Part shown: positions 1-13,338 of the stretch, in pieces
Layout of the letters: each line of letters begins with the position of its first letter
How positions within the stretch are numbered: the stretch's first letter is position 1
Assembly: GCA_965112735.1 (NCBI GenBank)
Contig: OZ218952.1
Location: 3,720,001-3,784,000, forward strand
DNA: 64,000 bases
DNA from: Phaeosaccion multiseriatum
Lineage: Eukaryota; Protista; Ochrophyta, other classes
Direction: 5' to 3'
Made by a program: the position numbers and the translations under genes
Notes under the pieces: model-generated
Database searches by the model: none
Told to the model about the DNA's origin: nothing
Seen by the model: the letters and a program-made list of their open reading frames with translations, nothing else

Positions 1-166
1 GCTGAACCTCCCCTCCCCCTCTGCTGCTTGTGCCATCTTTCTCTCTCCCCTCTTCTCTCTCTCACCCCCTCTCTGTTTGTGTGTTTCATTTGTGTCTATT
101 TCTCCCTTTTTCCCTGGCATGCATCTGTCTCTTCGTTGTGTTGCCCCCCCCCCCCCCTCCCAACAG

Positions 167-366
167 CTGCTTTTGTGGCAATGGGTGCAGAGCATTCCGT
201 GGCCAACATGTTCCTCATCCCTCTGGGGCTCTTCAACGGCGCCACAGTGACGTGGGCGGACGTTCTGCTCAAGAACATTCTGCCCGTGACGCTTGGCAAC
301 ATTGTGGGAGGTGCGGTGGTGCAGTCGGGCACTTACGCTGCCATCTACGGCTCCCTGCTCAAGTGA
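167..366 (+). CDS. Formate/nitrite transporter (FNT/NAR1-like), last exon; 5' part lies outside the window
   Basis: After a pyrimidine tract and cag acceptor (165-166): AFVAMGAEHSVANMFLIPLG...NILPVTLGNIVGG, which contains the FNT-family EHSVANM and PVTLGNIVGG motifs. TGA at 364-366. Confidence 0.9.
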
Positions 367-1138
367 ACTGGAACTGGAACTCGAACTGGAAACTGGAGCA
401 AAAAAGCGATGCAGGCATATGGGCGGGAGGGAGGGAGAGCGCTGAACAGCTCCAGACAGATGCCCGTGCGTTAAGTAGCGCCACGGGGGGGTAGGGATGC
501 TGCAGTAGCTGGGTACGGGCACTCCGCCCCTCAGGGGGGGGGGAAGGGATGGATGGCATGAAGTTGGGTTGGATAGTTTTTTAATTTAATTTAAAAAAAA
601 ATAATCAACAAATCACCTTAAGTACCCTTATGCACCGATATATGACTAGAATTTATTCTGTGCCTCAGAGTATTATTGTATCTGTTTTGTGCCTAAAAGA
701 AACGCGATACGGCATTAATGGTGTGCCTCAGCAGAGTCTTTCCTTTTCCATGTGCACCTCCGCCCTCCCTCCCTCCCTCCACCGATTTCCCTATTTTTAG
801 AATCAATGGATACTATGTACAGCGGATTGCAGTGGATGGGTGGATGCATGGGGAAGCCGGTGGGGTACTTCGGATGGGGCGTCTTCCCCTGCTCGACTGA
901 TCTAACCGAGAGCGAGGTGCACCCTCTTTCCTCATCCCTCGGGGGCCCTGCTGCCCTGATGGAATAGTTGGGGTAGACAGGCACACCCGCCTTGCCTCCC
1001 TCCCTCCCTCCCTCCCTCCTCTCTCCGTCGAATCTACTACCGAAAGAAGAAAGAAGAAACAACAACAATAGCAGCACCACCAAAACACCCACTACCCTTC
1101 AGCCGACCCGCTGGCTGCCAAGTGCCAACCAAAGAAAG

Positions 1139-1340
1139 CTATGGAGCAGCAGCAGCCTGAGGAATTGGTGGTACAACGAATGTTTGGTTGGGCTCCCGCT
1201 TCTCCACCTTCCACTCGATGACCTTCTGACTGCCAACAGATGGGTCCGCCGACTCGAGCATGACGTTCCACACATGGCCCACGAATGAGTTCACGGTCAC
1301 CAGCTGTGGCAAGAAAGGGTAGAAAAAACACGGAACAAGC

Positions 1341-1396
<56 letters not shown>

Positions 1397-3757
1397 GAGA
1401 GAAGCGGTGGCGACAAGGTCATGCGTATGTCAACAGGAAGAGGACAAAAGGGAAGTTGCAAATTACCCGTCGCTTGCCGCCGCCGCCCCGCCCGTCCCCT
1501 CGCTCTCCTCTCCTCCCATCTCAGCGCCTAAGAGCCTGAGAGAAAAGAGAAGCGTATCTCGCCGCTCTCCCCATCGTCTCTCGCCCCTTCGCCTTTCTCT
1601 CCCCTCCTACCCCCACCCAAGCGTCTGCTCACCTTGCCAGGGGCCATAGTGTCCCACAGCTGATCATCCCCGTAATAGAGTGTCACAGGAGGGTTGGTTT
1701 CGGGGTTCTGGAACACCGCCTTGACAGCGAAGTGCGCAGTGCTTAAAGCTCCAGCCGCGATCTGGAGGCAGGTTGGTAAGTAGGCAGGCAGACAGACAGG
1801 CAGGAAGGAAGGAAGGTAGGCGGGCAGGAAGTGGAGAAGACACAATTAGGCAGGCAGACAGGCAGTCAGGCCGGCAGTCAGTCAGTCAGTCAGTCAGTCA
1901 GTCAGTCAGTCAGTGAATCAGTCAGTGAATCAGTCAGTCAGTCAGTCAGTCAGTGAATCAGTACTCACTCACTACCCTCACCCACTGACCTCGACGTTCC
2001 TCCCTGTGATGGGGTCTTTCTTGGTATACCCATAGCGGGCTCCGTTCCACACCCACAGATTCGCCGCCCACTTCTGCCCCGTTATGACCGGACATGCCCC
2101 ATGTTCGCTTTGCTTATCGACAGCTCCGTCTTTTGCGGGGGAGGGGGGGAGGGGAGGGAGGAGGGAGACAGAAGGGTACACAGAGTCAGAGGGGACGGGT
2201 GTATATATGTGTGTGTGTGTCTGTATGTGCGTACGTGTGTGTGCGTGTGTGTTTGTGAAGCGAGTCACAAAAGACCCAACGGTACACGTACCTGCGGTTT
2301 GTGAGTAGAATAGCACGGCGTCTCCTCTCTTGGGCTTGACCCTGAGCCTGGTTCTGCACTGTGCGAGAAGGCGCTCTTCCCAGCTGCCAGTGGTAATGCC
2401 AATCTCCTCCAGCATCTGTGAGTGCACGAGTGAGTGTACAACATGCATGCATGCACGGCGCCGAGGGAGGGGGGGGAGGAGGGGCAACCGAAGGGTTCGT
2501 TAATGCATGGAACAAAGGGCTTCGCACCTCAACAAAGGAGGCCTGCACCTACAGGGCTTGCGCTACACACACACGTACACACAGCCCGGCGCACACACCC
2601 ACACACATAAACACACACATAAACCCCCCACCTACCCACCCACGCCCACGTACCTGCTTCTTGTCGTCCCTGAGTGACTCCAGCGCCTCGCTGAGCGGGG
2701 GCATGTCCTCCCCCGGCTGCGCGGTCTTGGTAAAGACGGTTTCGCCTCCGTCCTCTACGTCGGAGAAGTAGAGCACCACCGTGGCAAACCTGTTGGTGGT
2801 GGGGGGGGGGGGGTAAGTCAATGATTGAGTGGGGGGATAAGTCAGTGATTCAGTGTGTTTATGCGTGGGTGTACGTGTGTGTGTCCTCTGTGATGACCAG
2901 GCACTGAACTCCACCCACTTGTGTAGAACCAACGCCCCCACCTGTTGGCCCCGTAGTTAGCGCTATCAAAGTCGTGGTCGAGGCCATCGCTCTCGAGATA
3001 GTCAAGGTGCGGCGTGTAGGCCTTGCTCACATTGTACCGCAGAACCTGGTGTCAGGCATTGCGTTTGAAGGGGGGGGGGGGTGTAGTTTATGAGCATGGG
3101 AGTTGAGTCGTGAGTGAGTGAGTGAGTGAGTGGGTGGGTGAGTGGGTAAGCGAGTGAGTCGTTCATTCCTTCGTCCATTTATCCATCGATCGATCTCTGT
3201 CTCCCTACACAACCCCGTCTGCCCTCACTCACCTGCAAACCGTCTGCCCAGTGCTCGTTGTACTCCTCGATGCCTAGGAGCTTAAAGATGCGCCTCTTGA
3301 TGACCATGGCCGTCTCCGTCTGTGTCACGAAGGCGTTCTCGCTCGTCCTGAGGACAGGAATGAACGTGTATGTATCGCGTGGCACATCATTCAATAATCC
3401 AATCATCGTGACATTGCATGGTCATCATCACACACCCCTCAGTAGCCTCCCCCCTTCTCCCACCCCTCTCCACCCACCCCCCTCCCCCCACCCCCCACGC
3501 CGCTGCGTCTCTCCATTACGTGTGTATTGTGTGGTACCTATGTACGGATTTACTCTTATCGACCTCCCCTCCCTCTACATGTCCTACATCCCTTCTAACT
3601 CTCCTCCCTCCCCTCCCCTCTCCCTACCTCGTTTTCGACACTTTGTTTCCCTTGGTGCCCGTGGAGGAGCGCTTGAGCTTGTGTGCATCGTCCGTGATGG
3701 CTAGGGCGTCCAAGATGATCTGCTCCGCCTGGCAATAAGGCAGTGAGTAACGCAGTC

Positions 3758-3791
<34 letters not shown>

Positions 3792-4648
3792 GAGGAGGAG
3801 GAGGTTGAGGACTCGCTCATTCAATCACCTCCTCACCCACCCACGGCTCAACTCCCTCCCTCCCTCCCTCCCTCCCTCCCTGACCCACTCACTCACTCCC
3901 TCACTCTCTCACCTCGCTGTCGTCCATGAAGTTATTGAGCTTGAACACGCGAGGGCTGTCGCTCAGCGTCTGCAGGGACACCACGCCTCCCTTCGGGGTG
4001 GTGATGTGAGGCAAGGAGAACTCCCTCCCCACCTGGGGATAGATAAGGCACATGGGCAGGTAGAGATCGACAGACAGACAAATAGATAGATGGATAGACA
4101 GATAGGCAGATATATATGTATATTTATTACATATATATATACATATATAAATGATAGGCACAGCAGAGGAGGGTAGGGGGGGGGGGAAGGTCAGCAGCAA
4201 GGCATAGATGAAACAGATGAATAGAAGGTGAGGGAAAGAGAGGAATGGAAATGGGTGAGTAGGGTGGGGTAGGAGTACGAATGGCAGAGACGAGCAGTCT
4301 TCATGATAGTTCTTTCCCTTTCGAGGAGGGAGGGGAGGGGGGGTTGGGCAAGAGAGGCAACAGGGGCAAGAGAAAGTCAAAGGTCACTTACCTCTCCCGC
4401 AGGGAAGATGAAGAGGCGATCGTGAGGCACTAGGTAGACATTGTCGTGGTCCCGCAGAGAAGAATAAGACAGCACCCGCTGGCCGAGCTCGCTGTACACC
4501 TGTGAAGGCGCAGCAGAGCACTAAATCGTCAACATGATGTCATGAGATTTGGGGGGAGGAGGAGGAGGAGGAGGAGGAGGTGGTGGTGGTGGATAGATGC
4601 CTGTAGGCGGTGCTAACTTGGTCTCCGTGGCGAGAGAGGGACAAGAGA

Positions 4649-4711
<63 letters not shown>

Positions 4712-5268
4712 CGATGATGCTGGCTCTGATATCCAGCTTTACAAACCCCATGCACAAGGATAAATGTGACTCCTTTTCTTCCCCCCTTCCCTCCTACCTT
4801 GCAATACCCTGGTTTGTAGTAGAAGTCGTCTTCCGGTTCCATGAAATTGGAACAATTGTGCACGGCACTTAGCACCTGGCCGAGGTCAGGGCTGTTCCCG
4901 TGCTCAGCCATGGTCAAGTTGAACTCCCTCCCACCCTCGTGCTCTGCGTTCATGAACACGTGCACCGTCTTCTCCGGCTTGGCTGCCTCTGCTGCCGTCA
5001 ATGCTCGCCTGTGCACCATACCGCTTCTGCCACCACCGCTGCCTGTTAGCGACAGAAGATTAGCGACAGATGGATGCCTCTCCAGGAAGCCCCGCCCCTG
5101 CTCTGTCTGAGCGAGAAAAAGCGCCCCCGTGATGGCCATGACCACGCATACGATGGCGGAGAGGAGCGCACTGCCACTCTCATTCGCTCCGCTCCGGCTC
5201 TCTCCTGCTGGCTCTTTGCCCGAGGATTTGCCATTAGCAGCCGCTTTTCCCTTCTTTCCCGCCGCCAT
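1139..5268 (-). CDS. Prolyl 4-hydroxylase (2OG-Fe(II) dioxygenase) with N-terminal TM anchor and C-terminal VHL-beta-like domain; ~11 exons
   Basis: GT-AG spliced exons give SPRVFKLNNFM, RTSENAF, WADGLQ/VLRYNVSKAYTPHLD (HxD), NR/FATVVLYFSDVEDGGETVF, KPKRGDAVLFYSQ and SEHGACPVITGQKWAANLWVW (distal His, 2OG-binding Lys). TM segment ALLSAIVCVVMAITGALFL. Confidence 0.9.
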
Positions 5269-5967
5269 TTCCCACACCAGCAGCCTGCAGGCGAGGCGAA
5301 GCTATATTAAGGCAGGTCCAGTGGTGGAGAGGCGGAAGGAGAGTGTGGTTGAGGAGCCAAAGAAGAGGCTTCGGTTTTTGGATTTTTGAGAGAAAAGGAC
5401 ATCGACAAAACCTTCTGATGTAGATATCGATAATGAAAATCGACCTCTAATTTCTCTCTTCTCTCAATATTTTGTTTCCTTGTACGTACATGCAAGGGAC
5501 GGCCAACCCCTCAGCCCTCCCATGCTCTCTATGCTCTCTACCTAGTCCTAAGCCCGACAAAGAGAAGGAACAAGACGCCAAAGGAGGGGGTATCCCTCAG
5601 GCCAGGAGCGACTGCTGTGGAGCCTTCTCCCTGCTGCTGCCCTCTCTCTCTCGCCTCTTGGCAGGAAGTCTCTTCGGCAGTATATATACGTCCGGCACAA
5701 AAAACGCACACCCCTCTCTTTCGTGCGCCTCGGCCGACCGACCGATCGAACCACCGGCCCACCGATATCCCCATTCTCGCCCATCCCCTCCTCCGTCCCG
5801 AGCCCTCGACACTCCCTCGTCGCTCCCCATCCTCGACCCTCCACACAGCCAGCAAAGCCCAGTAGCCCACTACAGTCCATAAGTACACCGGTCCTGTCCA
5901 TCCATCCAGCAGTCGCCCTGTCTTTCCCGTTGAGATGTTAAAAAAAAAAAGGTCAAGGACTGCCTGA

Positions 5968-7068
5968 TCAAGGCCACGTCTCCTCTGCCTTGTCCACTAT
6001 AATCTTCCGCGCAGGGTCCACCAGCCCACCGTAAGGCCCAACCGCTGGATCGACTCGGGAGCCATCCAGATTGATCTCAAAGGGAACCTGGTTGATGAAT
6101 GATACCAGTCAAATGGGTGGGAGGGTGGGAGGGGGGGCAGGGGGGAGTGGTGAACATTCGAGACTCCTTTAAGTACTTTCTCCTTCCTTCCCACGCACCA
6201 CCCACCCACCCACAAAACTACAGTCTGCCCGACCGACCGAAAGTGGTAAGGATCTACCCCACCCACACGCGGCAACAGACACATACACACACAAGGCAGA
6301 CACGCACGTACCTCCTTCTTGACGTGCTCCGGGATGCCGAGGGGGTAGCACACGCTGAGGGGTATGGCAGGGTTCCTCAGGAAGGCCGAGCCCCCAATGT
6401 ACCAGGGCACCACGTAGGGCTCCGGATGTGTGTGTGTCTCGAGCTCCTCCCTGGCCTCTCTCATGAGTCGCTTGATCAAGGCGCTGTCTCGGTTCACGTC
6501 CAGGCCCTTCTGCTCTTCGAACTGGTGAGAGGGGAGGGGAGGGAGGGGAGAGAAGGGAAGGGGGGGAGGGGGGGGAGGGAGGGAGCAGAGGAAGAGGCGG
6601 GAAGAGGACACAGGAGAAAGGGGGGGCAGGGAGACGATAGTCAGAAGGCGGTCTGACGGACGGACCGACGGACGGACTATGTGGGTGCAAGGCGGGGACG
6701 GGGAATCCTAATCGACTACTCACCCTTGCTCTGAGCTTGGTGCACTCATCGAGGAAAAGGCCTCTATCAACACACCAGCTCTGGAGCTTCTTCAGTCCTT
6801 GTCTGTAGAGCCGGCACACTCGCTGCAAGACAAGGAGGCAGTGGAAAGAGAGAGAGAGAGAACGGGAGAGAAGGGGTTGGAATGATGAGGGGGACAAAGA
6901 GTCGCCTGAAGAGCAGCATGCGGGCTAGACAGGAGAAAAGCGAGCAAGGCTACACAACCAAGCCCCAGCCCCCCCCCGGACGAGTCGCCCTACCTGGTTG
7001 TGCGTCGTGGGGATGGGCGTCCGGTGATAGTACGCAGCTGCGCCTTCAAACATGGCAGCAGCAGACAT
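5968..7068 (-). CDS. NDUFB9: NADH:ubiquinone oxidoreductase subunit B22 (LYR family), 4 exons
   Basis: Exons 7068-6994, 6822-6724, 6521-6312 and 6087-5968 give RVCRLYRQGLKKLQSWCVDR...RARFEE...THPEPYVVPWYIGGSAFLRNP, the LYR plus HPxPY..GGS..RN signature. Confidence 0.88.
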
Positions 7069-8055
7069 GGCTGTCTCTGCTTGCAAGAGAGAACGAGGTT
7101 GGAACGAACGAGGTATTTGGGATGGGAAGGGGGTGTTCATATGAGCGAGACGTGGCAGAGCACTGCCAAGGAGGTCAAGCCACCACCATCTGTATAGCCC
7201 ATCTAAATACCCGCCCACCTAGGGTGGGAAGAAACTTCTTGCTGTAATGCGAAGGGTTTGGCTCATCGTAAGCCAAACTTCGCCTCACCTATTTGTTAGT
7301 ACTGCGATTGCAGCTGGTCTACTGCGTCTGTTGCGGCCTGCTATTGCTGCTCCCTCTCCTTCTCCTCGCTGCTCTCACAATCCCTTGACGCTCTCTCTCT
7401 CTCTCTCGCCGCGCTCACTCGCACGGCTGTTGGTATACCCCAAGACCCGCCCCCCCTGGGTCGATTCTTTGGAAACTTGCTGCGAGCAACTCGGGGGTGG
7501 CGATTCGGGTGGCAAGATTTCGAGTCGAGATAGGTCAGACAAAGAAAACACGAGAGAGCATAGAGAAGGGCGGTAAAGCGCAGGGCCTCTGCAGCGATAA
7601 GAGTAGGGGCTATCTTGATTGCCGCTGCGACGTTTGTCGCTACCTTCCTCTATATCCTTTTCACTCTTTCCCCTCTTCCCCTCTTCCAAGTTGTTACTAG
7701 AACGCGAGAGAGGGGCGAGGGGACAGCGGACAGCAGCAGAAACAGCTGGAAGTGAGCTTAGTTCTCCTCTCTCATTCCACTCCTTTGGTAGCCCTAAGGG
7801 TGAGCAAGGGGGCGACCAAGACCGAAAAACCCTTTTCTCTTCCTCCTCTCCCTCTCACACGCTCTCCCCCCTTTGGCCTGCTTGGATTCTTCCGTGGGGC
7901 TCACAAGGCAGAGCAGCAGCAGCGGCAGCGTCAGCTGCAAGCAGCACTAGAGAGGGGGTTGGCGAGGAGCTGCTCATGGGCTATGGTCCAGCAGCAGCCC
8001 TGTCGGGCTGAACGATTTTAACAGGGGACGCGGGATTTGCAGTTCTGCGATCAAG

Positions 8056-9061
8056 ATGGCCTCTGTGGGCAAGCGGGGTGGGGGAGGCAGCGGCGGGGTG
8101 GGCGTCGGGAGCATGACTGTGGCGGACCTGAAGAGTATGACTGCTCTGAGAGTGGCTCAGCAGCAGCAGCAGCAACACCAGCGGCATCATATCCACCACC
8201 AGCAGCAGGCACAACGTGCTCCGCACATGAAGCAACCGCAGCTGGGAATACAAGTGCCGATAGCTGGAGTGTCTTCTCCGCCAACACCTGCTGCTGTTAC
8301 TGCTGCTGCTGCTCCTGCTTCCGGTCCGCCCCCTCCACCACCTCCCCCGCCTCCGCCGCAACCGCCATCCCAACAGCAGCGTCTCTCTCCGGCGGGCTAC
8401 TCCCCAGCGCATCTCAGTCATTCACCATCTGTTTCTACAGGGGGGAAAGAAGGTTCTCCTTTCAGACAGGTGTCGCCGAGTATGGTGGGGAGCAGAGGCG
8501 GGGGATACGAAGAAGCAGGAGACGGCGAGCCGCCAAGAGGATTGGTGAAGCGGCTTTCTGCCCGGCTTTTTGGTGGGTCGGGCGATGCTGCAGCAGGCAC
8601 AGCAGACAGAGGGGACAGCGGAGGAGGGCGACGGCTGCAAAGTAATGCAGAGGGGGGCGGAGGAGGGGGGCGGCGCGGGGTCCGAGCAGGGCGAGGGAGA
8701 GGAGGACGAGCAAGACCAATTGGTGGTCCAGGAGTGGAAGGAGGAGATGACGAAGCTGCTACTCGAGAGGTTGGGGGGCAGGAGAGGCGGAGAGAGGCAG
8801 CAGAAGTAGGCGACAGTGGTGAAGCGGCAGAGAGCTTGGCGGTTGCTCCTGCTGGTTTTGACGAGGATGCATTGAGTCCAGGGTCCGCAGTCACAGCGAC
8901 CACCACAGAAGGAGGAGGAGGAGGAGGAGGAGGAGGAGGAGGAGGGGAAGAGGCGGCGGCGGTGAGTGATATGGCAAGAGAGCACGCCAGAAATAGGCGA
9001 CACTCTCTCCATTCACCACCGCAGAAACAACAACAGCAGCAGCAACACCGGCATCACAATC

Positions 9062-9122
<61 letters not shown>

Positions 9123-9696
9123 GCAGCAACAGCAACAACAACCACACCAGCAGCACCATCGACAGCAACAGCAACAACGGCCTCGACACCATGGGGGCGG
9201 CGGTCAGTCTTCGCAAGTCTCTCAGAGTAGTGGTAGTGGTGGCCTCAAGCCTGGGGCGGGGATGCTTCCCGGGTCAGGCCTGACAGTGGAGAAGCTCAAG
9301 GAGCTGACGAGGTGTCGTCTCCTAGAGGAGGAGCGGCGGCAGCGGCAGGTACCGGGAGTGGGGGCGGCAGGGTGGGCTGCAGGAGGAGGAGGAGGAGGAG
9401 GAGAAGGGGTGGTGGTAGGGGAAGGCGGAGAGTGTGGTAGCGAGGCCTTGAGCAGCAGTCGAGGGGGAGCCCATGCGTCCCCAGCGTCTCTGACGAGAGC
9501 GGCTAGTGGGAATGATGTTCTACAGCAGCAGCAGCAGCAGCAGCAGCAGTTGGTGATACCGCAGCAGCAGCAAGCGGCGCCGCGCGGTATGACTCGCTCT
9601 CAGTCTTTGAGAGTCGGCAGCACAAGCGTTGGGGAGGCTATACAGTACTCTTCCTATGGAGACGTACGAGAGGGGCAGGGGCAGGGACAAGCGATT

Positions 9697-9733
<37 letters not shown>

Positions 9734-9740
9734 TGGTGAT

Positions 9741-9772
<32 letters not shown>

Positions 9773-9957
9773 TTCATCAGCAGCAAAAGTACGGGTCGGC
9801 GCTTGCTAAGCCGGGCTCAGGGCCACTACAAGCTCATTCGAGGTATAGCCAGCAGCATCAGCAGCTGCAACAGCCTCCGCAACACGGTCAGCATTCCAAT
9901 CTACATCCGCGGCAGCAGCAGCAGCACTACCTCCCTCAGCGACAACAACAACAACAA

Positions 9958-9991
<34 letters not shown>

Positions 9992-11664
9992 TGGTGATGA
10001 AGCATCAACAACAGCAGCAACAGCAGCAGCACAACGCATCCTTCTCCCACCACCTCTTCCCCCAAGCAGCCATGAGCGCTCACGTCTTGTCCCAACCCAG
10101 CACCCCCATACTCAGCCCTTGCATGTCCCGCCGGGGCTGCTCATCCGACGGCGACTCTGACTCGGATTCGAGTGACGACGGTTACGACCACGAGGAAGGC
10201 GGCGGGAAGTACGATGGAGCGTATCCTGTGGATAATCTCGACCTCGATCTTGCCTCGACACCGTCCTTGCGGCAGCGGAAGCAGCAGGCGTCTTCTTCTT
10301 CTTCTTCTTCTTCTTCTTCTTCTTCTTCTTCTTCCCCCACTTCTTCTCCTTCGTCTTCGTCTTGTTCTTCTTCTCCTTCTTCCGGTTTGGGCAAGCGCCC
10401 CAGTGCAGGTACTGGGAATAGTCGCCCTCTGAGAGGAAGCACATACCTTTGCAAGGTCACTTCGTTTCTGCCGACGGAGGGCAGCAACACCAACAGCATA
10501 GACAACAGCGGCAGCAACCACAGCGGCGGTAGCAGCGGCAGCAGCAGCGCCAGCGCTACCGGTACCGTGAGGAAGAAGCTCAGCCATCTGCGCATCGTGT
10601 CCAGCGATGCATTCACCAGTGAGGAGAGAGGCGCTGGTGAGTCTGTGAGAGACTCATCTGCTCCGCGTGGAGCAGCACCAGCAGCAGCATCAGCAGCAGG
10701 TGGTGCTAAAGCAGCCCCCGTTTCATCTTCTTCGTCGGTGCCTACCACTCGCAGTCAGCAGCATCAAGGCGGCAAAAGGGGAGAAGGAGGGGCAGGAGGG
10801 GCAGCTTCAGCAGGTGGTCATACAGCGCCGACATCTACAAAGGCAGCCATCCCCATGTCTGTGGCGGAGTACGTCCTCCTTACGCCTCGCTCGCCCCTCG
10901 ACAGCCCCGTCAAGCTTTGGTCTCCCCGCTTCAGCTTGCCGACTAGCGGCGGGACGGGAGGAGGAGGGGCAGGAGTAGGAGGAGGCGCATCCTCTGGGAG
11001 GAGTTTGTACAGTGGAACAGCGGTGACTACTACGTCGGGCTCTTCGGTAAGCGTGGGTAGTGCGCTCGACGAGGTGTTTCTCGCCTCCCCGAGGACTCTG
11101 CACAGCAGCTGTCGTGCTCGCGTCGCAATCGGGAGCGGTGCATCCTCTGCTGCTTCTCGTCAACGGAGCAGCACTTTCTTCGGAGAAGACCCTACTGTTG
11201 TTGACGTCGCTTCCTCGGGAGCAGATGGTGGTGGTGGTGGCTCCTCTACAGGGACGCCCGGACTTGACGGTCTAGAAAGGCGGCATAGCTGGGTGGGCAT
11301 GGGCCCGGAGCTGGTGTTTGGTGGAAGCAGCACCCCCGCCCCCCGGTACGCGGAAGATTTGGGAACCTTTGAGTACGGCGGAGACGGAGGAGAGGGAGGA
11401 GCCGGAGGAGGAGGCAGTGGTGTGGATTTCAACCACCTGAACCTTCGCCCTTCGCCCTCCGGCTTGCACAGCCCGCGGTCTCTCTTCAGCTCGACGCCGG
11501 TCAGCGGAGGAGGGTCCAATCAGCCCCACCACCTCCCTCACCACAGCAGCAGCCACAGCAGCACTGTTTCCCTGCGAAAGTTTGCGGCCTTCCAAACAGC
11601 AGATCCCCGCAGCAGGGAGTGGGCGTGGCCAGCCGTGGAGGAGGATTCTGTGGGGCCGTCGTGA
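8056..11664 (+). CDS. Large intronless low-complexity (polyQ/G/S) protein of unknown function
   Basis: 1202-codon ORF with ATG. Two related motifs (MTVADLKSMTALR, LTVEKLKELTRCR) and AIPMSVAEYVLL lie within otherwise disordered sequence. Confidence 0.7.
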
Positions 11665-13338
11665 AAGTCTTCGTCAGTTAGGGGTGAGGAAAAGTGAGGA
11701 GGGAGAGGAACGAGCAGCAGCAGCACCGAGGAGGAGGAGAGGAGGTTAGGTAAGAGGCGGACGACGACGACAGCCAAGAGGAGGAGAAAGCTCTCTTGGC
11801 GTTGGTTGATGGCTTCATTGACATGAACAGCTACTCTGCTGCTGTGGTGCTGTGTCGTCGGGCATCGGCAGGCTTGGCGAGGGGGAGCTCGGTCCCGTGG
11901 GTGCGTGTCTATCTCTCTCTACGGCGCGGATGAGAGAGAATTTGAGTTTGAGTGTGTGAAGAAAAGTCAAGTGAAGTGAACGCGTGCGTGCAGTGAGAGT
12001 GTTGAGTCAAGTGAGTGAGTTATTTATTGTAGCAGTAGTACGTGTTTGGTTTGAAGTGAGGGGAGATGACGAGATGACGAGTAGTTGACGTGAGGTATAG
12101 GATAGGGAAGGAGGGACGTGAGAAGCGAAATGGAAGTGCGTTCTGCGTGTCCACGTTTTCGGAGAGGAAGGAAGAAGGAAGGGGTTTATGAGTTACGGAT
12201 GTGGGCTTTTTTGTTAGCGGTGAGCGCACGTCTTACCGTGCGACCCGCGCTTTCCTTGTTTGGGGGGGGGGGGGGATCACGTCGTAGAGGGGTTTTATTT
12301 ATAGGGAAGTATTCACAATCGCTTTTTACGTAAGAATGACCAATATTGAGGGTCAAAGTAGTGAGTAGGGGGGGGTGTAGTATGCATGACAAAGTAGTCA
12401 ATCAAAAAGTTGTGGGTAGAGAAGAGTTAAGGGGGCTGCTTATGTCTGCCGTGTCGTTTTGTGTGGTCAGGGACGACACTGTAATCGTGAGAAAGGGCGA
12501 GCCTTTCGTTCCCGCTGTCTGCATGTAGCTCCATGAGGGGCCCACACAGAGGGGGAGGGAGGGCTCTCGTTGCCATGGAGGGTGGTGCGAGGGGAGGAGG
12601 GAGGAGGGGTTTGTTAACCGTTTGTAGCATCAGTGTATGTGTGCGTAAGTGTGTGTGTGTGTATGTGGAATTGTACTAAAACCCAGGGAAGAGAGGAAGG
12701 CACATGTCACAGTTGAACGTATCAAAGATCAGGTAATACATGAGAAGTCCGTTTTTTTATTTTTCAAAAGAGTTACTGTCCCCACCCCATCCATGGTTTT
12801 TGAGTTTTCAGTTTATGTGGCCACATCATTGTCGAACACCAAAACTGGAGTCGATGTCAAAGCTTCTACTCCAATGGAGCAGCGTCTGAAGGTATGAACG
12901 TCGATGGACCGTCTGGTGCCATCTGGCGTAATTTGACTAAAGAAATATTTACGTAACTCGTTTCCTATGCGTGTATGGAGCAACTGTGCGAAGGAAGGAA
13001 GGAAAGAGGGGGGAAAAGAATTGAGCCCAGCGCCTGCCGTTGAACAACAAGCAGTACACAGACTCTTACAGCGCTTACTTACGCTGAAGAAAGCGGGTAG
13101 GCTGGGTACAAGGCAAGGCCCCTCCTTTCTTCTCCCCCTTCTCGCTCTCGTACCCAACAACCACCCTAACCTCCACCGGCTCCTCTGTCCTCTCCTGCTG
13201 CCAGAGTGTGCCTCCCACACGCTCGGACTGGAACGGGTGTGCGGATGACGGGGGTGTGCGGCCAATGCTTTGCACAATCGCTGTGCACGCACGCACGCAC
13301 GCACACACGCACGCACACACGCACACACGCACGCAAGT

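Noticed and set aside
1467-1536. Possible extra P4H exon within the last intron
   Set aside because: It has an in-frame stop, and the flanking exons already join in phase (APGK|LVTVN).
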